A stretch of DNA of 5,998 nucleotides from Octopus sinensis. Its lineage: Eukaryota. The notes under the pieces are model-generated. The model had not been told where the DNA came from. It saw only the letters and a list, made by a program, of their open reading frames with translations, and did not search any database. The position numbers and the translations under genes were made by a program. Location of the stretch: positions 1-5,998 of the forward strand of contig NW_021829704.1 in NCBI RefSeq assembly GCF_006345805.1. Reading direction: 5' to 3'. Shown one piece after another: positions 1 to 5,730 of this stretch. Every line of letters starts with the position of its first letter. Position 1 is the first letter of the stretch.

Positions 1-257
1 ATAATTTAGTAGCTGAATGAAGACGTGAAAGAGGATCAGAAGAGGAAGAGTGGAAGGTTTGGTGTTGTATTATGGGTAAACCAAGAACTTGGGTAGCCTG
101 CCCACCCACAAACCCCGATAAATCAACCACTCTACCGACATAGAGATAACTGCTGCCTTTCGCACTGACAGCCGTGTTGTATTGAAAAAGATATTCCTTG
201 GCGATATTATACGTTGTTTATCACATAAACCGGCTCCTCGTCTTTTTCTGCAGTAAA

Positions 258-455
258 TACACACACGCACACACACATGTACACACGCATAAACACATAT
301 ACACACTTACAATCCTATTCCCTTCTATCTCATACACGTCAACTATCTATGTAAATTATCCATAACTCTGCATTGACCACACACATATATATATATGTAT
401 ATATCTGTATAATAGTATGATATATTCATGAGTGCATATAGGCACATACACACAC

Positions 456-499
<44 letters not shown>

Positions 500-1094
500 G
501 ATATATATATGCGTAAACACATATATGCATTCTCAAACAAAACACACACGCATATATATATATATATATATATATATTCTATATATATATAATTTCATGT
601 GTGTTATATGTTTTGTATATATATATATATATATATATAATTTCATGTGTATATATATGTTTGTGTGTGTTTGTGCGTATGTATGTGGCGTATGTGTATT
701 TGGTGCACTGGTATGCACACATACAGAGTTACGTAAATGTATATACATATATTCCTACATATACATACATTTTTACACAAACACACACATACATATGTAG
801 ATATAAATATATACATTCCAATATACCTTTATGTATGTATATATATATATGTATTTATTTATATGTGTGTGTGTATATACATGTATATGATTATGTGTGC
901 GCGAGTATGCACGTATATATGTGTATGTTGAGTGCCTGTGTGTATGTATGTGTATGTGTGTGTGTGCGTGTTTGTTTGTGTGAATGTGTGTGTGGTGTGT
1001 GTATGCGTGTGTGTGTGTGCGTGTGTGTTTGTGTGTATGTGTGTGTGTATGTGTGTGTGGTGTGTGTGTGTGGTGTGAGCGCGTGTGTGTGCAC
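258..1094. repeat. Compound alternating purine-pyrimidine microsatellite, (CA)n grading to (TA)n to (TG)n, with short unique interruptions
   Basis: Read directly: CA-rich at about 258-310, TA-rich at about 380-660, TG-rich at about 860-1094. All ORFs called between 525 and 1202 are Y/I/C/V/H/T low-complexity translations of it. Confidence 0.95.
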
Positions 1095-1561
1095 AGTCTT
1101 TCATTAAGGCAAAAATCATTTGAACCGAAGCCAGAGAAGTCTGTTCTTCCAGTGTGTTTAATTGATTTTATTAATTTTATGTATTTCTGTCTAATTGTCT
1201 GAGTCTACGATCATATCAACTGGTTCTTTACATTCAAAAATTGGCACCAAGTTCCAGTCGTTGGTAATCAAGAATCGGAAGAATCTTGCGGATTTGCGTA
1301 GGCGAGGTTAATCCACCGGAGCAAAATTACAGTAAAAATAAAGAGAAAACCCAAATAGTTTTTTCATATGTATATAAAATATATGGCTGAAGCGGGAAGA
1401 CCGAAAATGGCTGGAAAGTCATAACATGTCGGCGGGAAATAACATCACTAGGTGAGATAGGCTGACACTGAATTAACTTCGCTGAATGACAGGTGACGGT
1501 CGTTTAGAGAATGCGCGGGCTAAGACTAATCGCCTTCACTAGTCAGTTAAGGTAAGACAGT

Positions 1562-1643
1562 GTCACGTGACAACTTGCTGGGACTGCCTGCTGGAGCCTA
1601 GCGGCAGGTATTTAAAGGAAAAAATTTGACAAGTTAGTCAGTC
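1562..1643 (+). promoter_or_regulatory. Candidate Pol II core promoter: palindromic E-box, TATA-like box and Inr
   Basis: GTCACGTGAC at 1562-1571; TATTTAAA at 1609-1616; TCAGTC at 1638-1643, matching invertebrate Inr TCAGTY with A+1 = 1640. The TATA box therefore starts at -31, the canonical spacing. Confidence 0.5.
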
Positions 1644-1681
1644 ACCTGCTGAAAGAAGAAGAAGACATACACCCAACACCA

Positions 1682-1764
1682 GAGCTGAAGACACCTCCGA
1701 AAGGGGTGGGGCCCGCCACGTCAAAACGGTAGAGGAGTAGGGGCCGAAACCGTACGTGGTTCTT
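1682..1764 (+). ncRNA. Type I hammerhead-ribozyme-like motif A, atypical with an extra hairpin in the core
   Basis: CTGAAGA 1685-1691; extra hairpin 1692-1708; stem II GGCCC 1710-1714 / GGGCC 1741-1745; GAAA 1746-1749; stem III ACC/GGT with GTACGT loop; NUH = GUU 1759-1761; stem I GAG 1682-1684 / CTT 1762-1764. Folded by eye. Confidence 0.35.
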
Positions 1765-1765
1765 C

Positions 1766-1837
1766 CTGATGATGTCTTGAGCTAACTGGATCCTATAAAG
1801 GAGATGTTGGAGTAGCAGACCACGAAACACGGTTGTA
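1766..1837 (+). ncRNA. Degenerate hammerhead-like motif B
   Basis: CTGATGA 1766-1772; long imperfect hairpin 1774-1820 (GTCT/AGAC, GCTA/TAGC, TCCT/AGGA); GAAAC 1824-1828; stem III ACA/TGT closing CGGT; GUA triplet 1835-1837. No convincing stem I. Confidence 0.25.
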
Positions 1838-1922
1838 ATTCCTTTTAATGTATGATGCTGTGAGAAAAAGAAAGTTATCAATGTTTCGAGTAAGAAGCTC
1901 TTTGTCAAGATTGCTAAAAAGA

Positions 1923-1943
1923 AATAAAACAACGTGAAATAAA
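1923..1943 (+). promoter_or_regulatory. Paired AATAAA polyadenylation signals
   Basis: AATAAA at 1923-1928 and 1938-1943, downstream of the promoter and hammerhead motifs. The hexamer is common in AT-rich DNA, so support is contextual only. Confidence 0.35.
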
Positions 1944-2025
1944 ACGAACGGGTTTCATTGAAAATGTTTGGTAGTTTTAAATGAGTAGGTTAGAAATGGG
2001 GGAGTTAGTTGGCATTAGCAAACCT

Positions 2026-2414
2026 CATTAGTGTCAACAGAGACACTAGATGACACTACGGTCCATGAATCAGTTCACCTTGCTCTCAGTATTAGGCCCC
2101 AGATCAACGTGGCTCAGCGAGATAACCACTGTCCAGCAATCAGTCCACCAAGCTGTCGGTACCGGATCAATGCAATTTGTTTCGTAGCTTTTCATGTTTC
2201 ATGTGAAAAAATATAATTTGAAGAGAAGTTTTTTTATTAATTAGAAAGTCATTAATTAGGACTGATTACTAATACTTTATGTGCATCTATAGCCACAAAT
2301 AAAGAATATTTATCCACCAACACGGTGTTGAGAACGCTTTTCCATTGTTTGATATCAGTGCGCATGCGTGTGTGTGTGAGTGCGTGCCATCTAGTGTCTC
2401 TGTTAACACTAATG
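2026..2414. mobile_element. MITE-like segment bounded by 27-bp inverted repeats
   Basis: CATTAGTGTCAACAGAGACACTAGATG (2026-2052) versus CATCTAGTGTCTCTGTTAACACTAATG (2388-2414): 26/27 reverse-complement match. No TSD seen; superfamily unassigned. Confidence 0.5.
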
Positions 2415-2466
2415 TATAAATATATATATACATATATATATATAAATATATATATACATACACACA
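2358..2466. repeat. (TG)n-like and (TA)n/(CA)n microsatellite, interrupted by the 2388-2414 inverted repeat
   Basis: Direct reading: TG-rich at 2358-2387, TA/CA-rich at 2415-2466. Confidence 0.9.
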
Positions 2467-2560
2467 AGGGCCTTGTTTCAGGTGGATACCAGGGGACAAG
2501 TTCCCCCCCCCCCCACACTTTGTCCTCCCTACTTTTCCCCAATTAAACAACGAAAGTACC

Positions 2561-3191
2561 ACTGTCAATCCCGGTGGAATGTTGCAAAGTGTCAAACTGG
2601 CACAAGAGGAGCTAACAAATCTATGCAATGAAGAAAAATTTCAGGAGCTGTTCTAATACGGTAAGAAAAAATGATTTCTCACCTCGATATTTCTCCTTTG
2701 AAGCTACCCTTTGAAGCAATTTGCAATAGCAAATATGAAAGATTATCTTTTTTCACAGGATTTAAGCAGATTATGAAAAAACTGAGCAATATTTTACTCA
2801 ATGGAAATTTTTGTGCAGAAGTGATCATGCAGGTTTTGAATTTTCTTTCAAGAACTAACATTTTTTAAATAGAATTCATCGAAGTGGATCATCTCTCGAG
2901 GATCCTCATAAAATATTCGGTGAAACCAGAAGTCCGTCGCGTGTTTCCAAATGTTGAGCGATTGCTCAGACCATTTTTAGTGTTTCCAACCAGTTCTTGT
3001 GAAGCCGAAAGATCTTTTAGTGCTCTGCAGAGACTCAAAACTGCGATCGATCATGACTCAGCAATGGTTGGATCATATTCTAAATGTACCACATTCATAA
3101 AGATGTTTTGAAGAAGATTAATTGTGAAGAGGTTGTTAAATTATTTATTGACAGCAAGGATGCGAGATCGAATATATTTGGAAAGTGGTAA
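2561..3191 (+). pseudogene. hAT transposase C-terminal remnant (hAT dimerisation domain, ZMYM1-like/THAP12-like type), with stops and frameshifts
   Basis: FPNVERLLRPFLVFPTSSCEAERSFSALQRLKT is the hAT dimerisation signature. Across frameshifts it continues as RSIMTQQWLDHIL..HIHKDVLKKINCEEVVKLFIDSKDARSNIFGKW* (TAA 3189-3191). Upstream, MLQSVKLAQEELTNLCNEEKFQELF* and MISHLDISPLKLP resemble the preceding region. Confidence 0.9.
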
Positions 3192-3312
3192 AAAAGATAA
3201 TATTTTACTTTCATTTTTTTTTATTCAAATGTCTGTTTTAGTTTTCGTTTATTTAACATAAATTCTTTTTAAGCTTATTTTTTTTAAAATATCTAAACTT
3301 CATTTGAATATA

Positions 3313-3566
3313 TTAGGTTGGTGCATAATTATTGCGGCTTTTTTATCAACAAATTTTATTCAACAAAAACAATAACAACATGTAACAAAAAAACCTTTGA
3401 TTATTCCGGAGCATATTCACCATCTACTTCAATTACTGCCTCCCATTTGATTGGCAGACTGTCAGACCGTCATTTAAAGATGTTTTTGTTAAATATTGTC
3501 ATTGCTTTTGTTAAATAAAATGTGTTGAAAAAAATGCCGCAATAATTATGGACCTATAAAATCTAA
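3313..3566 (-). mobile_element. Tc1/mariner (mariner-type) deletion derivative nested in the hAT element
   Basis: TA followed by TTAGGTTGGTGCATAATTATTGCGGC (3313-3338) resembles the Hsmar1/cecropia-type TIR. The inverted partner GCCGCAATAATTATG lies at 3536-3550 with a degenerate outer part to about 3566. Minus strand 3463-3401 encodes DSLPIKWEAVIEVDGEYAPE*, the mariner transposase C-terminal LPxRWxxVIxxxGxY motif. Confidence 0.88.
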
Positions 3567-3886
3567 TTAGCGTAAAATGTTACTCATGTGACAGGGTCCG
3601 GGAAAGGCACCATAAGCAATACTAACATGCTCTTTTAAGAATCAGCAAATGTTGGCTTGTCCCGCTTACATTTTTAAGGCAAACGAGGACCCTGTACACA
3701 CACGCTCACACACATACATTAAATAACTATACATATCTAATTACAAGCCAAAATGCTAGTTCTAAAATGTCTCTGTGATTTTAGATGCATCTGTGCATCG
3801 TTATCCAGCTAGATAAGATGTCTTCTTGGGGTTAAAAAGTCGCAGTAGAGTCCGCTCAAACAGACAGCCATATTAATACGGCTCTG

Positions 3887-4105
3887 AATATTATTTTCTA
3901 CTCTAGGCACAAGGTCCAAATTTTTTGGGGAGGGGCCAGTCGATTAGATCACTACCAATACACAACTGGTACTTAATTTCTAGACCCTGAAAAGATGAAA
4001 GGTAAAGTCGGCCTCGGCGGAATTTGAACTCAGAACGTAGCGGCAGACGAAATACCGCTAAGCATTTCGCCCGGGGTGCTAACGTTTCTGCCAGCTTACC
4101 GCCTT
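3887..4105 (-). mobile_element. tRNA-derived SINE of the abundant octopus-type family
   Basis: Minus strand starts AAGGCGGTAAGCTGGCAGAAACGTTAG (A-box-like, 4093-4079) and has a B box GTTCAAATTCC (4029-4019). Central block CCTTTCATCTTTTCAGGGTCTAGAAATTAAGTACCAG (4002-3966). Ends CCTTGTGCCTAGAGTAGAAAATAATATT. Family assignment is from memory of octopus SINEs; no TSD found. Confidence 0.85.
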
Positions 4106-4124
4106 AGTGACTACGAATATTTCA

Positions 4125-4219
<95 letters not shown>
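4125..4219. repeat. Perfect (TATC)n / (GATA)n tetranucleotide microsatellite, about 23.75 units
   Basis: 95 uninterrupted bases of TATC. It explains the YLSI repeat in ORF 4107-4394. Confidence 0.99.
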
Positions 4220-4264
4220 TAATGTTTGTTCGTATGTCGTTACAAATAAAAACAGTTTAATATT

Positions 4265-4661
4265 AAACCTAAGGGTTACTGAGTACCTAAAAATACATAC
4301 ACATGGCCGACACTGCACTTTGCCAAAGGTCCCAGCTATCTCGTTTAGAGTGAGGACCATGTACTGCAACAGCTTGGGAATGAAAGGCCCATAGCTTTTT
4401 AATACCCTGTCAAAACATCTGAAAGATCTACATGGAGTGTGTGGTGGGAGATGTTTCCAAGAAGCAATTTAAGCTCCTGCTGTCCAAGGTTCCAGATGTA
4501 CAAGGTACAACATGGCAAAGAGCTCGAGTGACGGCAGCAATATCAAACTCCATCCATCACCGAAGGTCAGATAGGAATGGCCATTGAAAAGATGATGATA
4601 CTGGCAGTGCTCTAGGATGGTCACAACTTTTGGAGGGAAACACACAAAAGAATAAAGAATA
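4265..4661 (+). mobile_element. 5'-truncated, decayed non-LTR retrotransposon 3' end (CR1/L2-group LINE ORF2 C-terminus plus 3' UTR and A-rich tail)
   Basis: HGRHCTLPKVPAISFRVRTMYCNSLGMKGP*LFNTLSKHLKDLHGV, then a +1 shift near 4443 gives DVSKKQFKLLLSKVPDVQG...RARVTAAISNSIHH (TGA 4585-4587). This matches the post-RT GPxLFNxLP...FKxxLDxxLxxVPD motif. It is followed by GGCAGTGCTCTAGGATGGTCACAAC...GAAAC and the tail ACACAAAAGAATAAAGAATA. Confidence 0.8.
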
Positions 4662-4703
4662 CATATGTGTGTGTGTAAAACATAAATAATATATATATAT
4701 ATA

Positions 4704-4910
4704 CTTTATTTAAAGCAGCAGAAAATTCAACAAAACCTGTTACTCTGAGTTTCACGTTACCGTTCATCGGACAGGAACGGTAACGTGAAACACAGAGTAA
4801 CAGGTTTTGTTGAATTTTCTGCTGTTTTAAATAAAGCATATTACTCTACCACTGGTATTTGAGTATTCTTTTTCTCCACCTTGTTTCACATTTATGTGTT
4901 TACTCCGGTA
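4704..4910 (+). mobile_element. PLE-like terminal fragment with an inverted partial copy (62-bp-arm hairpin), inserted in (TA)n
   Basis: Arms 4704-4765 and 4775-4836 pair with only 2 mismatches around a 9-nt loop. The plus copy continues unpaired to ...TTTACTCCGGTA (4910). (TA)n lies on both sides. The minus strand carries a minimal hammerhead-like motif CCGATGA-ACG-GTAA-CGT-GAAAC-TC. Confidence 0.65.
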
Positions 4911-4995
4911 TATATATATATATATATATATATGCATATGCATATATGCATACGTATACGTACATACATGTATACGTATATACATTATGCATGTG
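4909..4995. repeat. (TA)n grading into a TATGCA/TACGTA alternating purine-pyrimidine tract
   Basis: Direct reading. Confidence 0.92.
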
Positions 4996-5730
4996 TGGGC
5001 ACAGGACGTCACAAAACGTAAACAACAAAGAATACGAGAAATACGTAAACAATTTACTTCTAAAATAAGGATAAACTTTCCATCAGTGGCCAGCAGATTG
5101 AAATGCCTTTGAAGGTGAAGATATAAACAATTATAAATAAGGACAAAAGGAAAAAAATTCCTTTGCGAATATGCTGGAAAATGACCTTAAACCGTCTGAC
5201 CACGCACAATATTTTTCACTATAAATACACGGCGTGTTGAAACGAGGGAAGAAAGCTAAAAGAAGTTTCAAACAAATTCAGTTATTCCCGAATGTGGACC
5301 AATTTCTGGATTAATCCACAAAGGTTCTTCCTTCTTCAGCGAGAAAAACAAATTTTCTTTTTGGATATATTTGGGGTACTTAAATGTACACATGACTTTG
5401 CATCTGTTTTTTCCGTGTGTATATGTTAGTGCTCCATTTATTTCTAATCGTGCTTCTCGCTGAAGAAGGAAGAATTCTTCTGGATTAATCCAGAAATCGG
5501 TCTGATTCAGGAATAACCGAATTTGTTTGAAACTTCTTTTAGCTTTCTTCCCTCGTTTCAACACGCCGTGGTCAGACGGTTTAAAGTCTATTTTTCAGCA
5601 TATTTGCATAGGAAAATGTTTTCTTTTGCCCTTTTTTATAATTGATTATATTTTCACCTTGAAAGGCATTTCAATCTGCTGGCCACTGATGGAAAGTTTA
5701 TCCTTATTTTAGAAATAAATTGTTTACGTA
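4995..5730 (-). mobile_element. Large inverted-repeat element, probably a PLE terminal region plus an inverted partial copy
   Basis: Arms 5042-5345 and 5454-5730, about 90% identical by hand alignment apart from a 27-bp indel, with a 108-bp spacer. Each arm begins with TCTCG-CTGAAGA...GAAAT..GGTC pointing outward. The minus copy continues to about 4995 as an unpaired tail abutting a microsatellite. The inverted repeat is certain; the PLE assignment is inference. Confidence 0.65.
5457..5505 (+). ncRNA. Type I minimal hammerhead-like motif; mirror copy on the minus strand at about 5342-5294
   Basis: Stem I TCG 5457-5459 / TGA 5503-5505; CTGAAGA 5460-5466; 14-nt insert; stem II TGGA-TTAA-TCCA 5481-5492; GAAA 5493-5496; self-complementary stem III ATCGGT; GUC triplet 5500-5502. 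Confidence 0.45.

Larger units (their letters stand above)
1561..1945 (+). mobile_element. Putative Penelope-like (PLE) pseudo-LTR or retrozyme-like terminal unit; true boundaries uncertain and may extend to about 1385
   Basis: Ordered layout of TATA-like box, CTGAAGA...GAAAC, CTGATGA...GAAAC and two AATAAA. This matches the established layout of PLE pLTRs (promoter, hammerhead motifs, poly(A) signal). No RT or GIY-YIG ORF, TSD or second copy is visible. Confidence 0.45.
2467..3694 (+). mobile_element. Internally deleted, non-autonomous hAT DNA transposon
   Basis: Left end AGGG-CCTTGTTT (2467-2478); right end reverse complement CAGGGTCCTCGTTT (3694-3681). 8-bp flanking duplication TACACACA at 2459-2466 and 3695-3702, the hAT-typical length, although it lies in CA repeat. 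Mirrored subterminal GGGACAAG at 2493-2500 and 3656-3663 (minus). Internal transposase remnant. Confidence 0.8.

Noticed and set aside
10-63. Possible micro-exon TAG|CTGAAT...GGAAG|GTTTGG encoding LNEDVKEDQKRKSG
   Set aside because: The window edge hides the polypyrimidine tract, the donor is weak and the peptide is unrecognisable. It needs RNA-seq.
70-306. 78-aa minus-strand ORF, and a strong-looking acceptor TCTTTTTCTGCAG near 253 on the plus strand
   Set aside because: The ORF starts in microsatellite and has no recognisable motif; the acceptor leads into CA repeat.
525-1202. Eight overlapping ORFs of 64-168 aa
   Set aside because: They are translations of dinucleotide microsatellite, which lacks stop codons in alternating frames, and have no domain content.
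1195-1311. Short frame ending KNRKNLADLRRRG, faintly like the PLE RT-endonuclease linker
   Set aside because: It is bounded by stops within about 40 codons and lacks the following Cys/His and GIY-YIG motifs.
1387-1423. CTGAAGC-GG..CC-GAAA...GTC, a third hammerhead-like string
   Set aside because: A9 is altered, stem II has only 2 bp and there is no credible stem III, so it is compatible with chance.
2190-2330. Small palindromes and repeats (TTTTCA/TGAAAA, ATTAATTAG twice, CAACAC-G-GTGTTG)
   Set aside because: They are short and expected by chance in AT-rich repeat DNA.
3770-3830. Possible terminal exon after CTCTGTGATTTTAG encoding ASVHRYPAR*
   Set aside because: No linked upstream exon in a compatible phase and no homology; an acceptor-like AG alone is insufficient.
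4107-4394. 95-aa ORF as a gene
   Set aside because: It is a chimera of (TATC)n translation and a decayed LINE ORF2 fragment.
5268-5564. 98-aa minus-strand ORF with an internally repeated WINPE motif
   Set aside because: The repetition comes from the TGGATTAATCCA palindrome present in both arms of the inverted repeat.
5686-5725. CTGATGG...GAAAT as a second hammerhead core in the large arms
   Set aside because: A9 is changed to G in both arms, GAAA is lost in the left arm, and stems I and III are unconvincing. At best it is a decayed relic.
5042-5730. Excess of A/G over C/T differences between arms (about 10 versus 3) as a trace of ADAR editing
   Set aside because: Counts are small, changes go in both directions and the strand is strongly purine-biased, which explains the skew.
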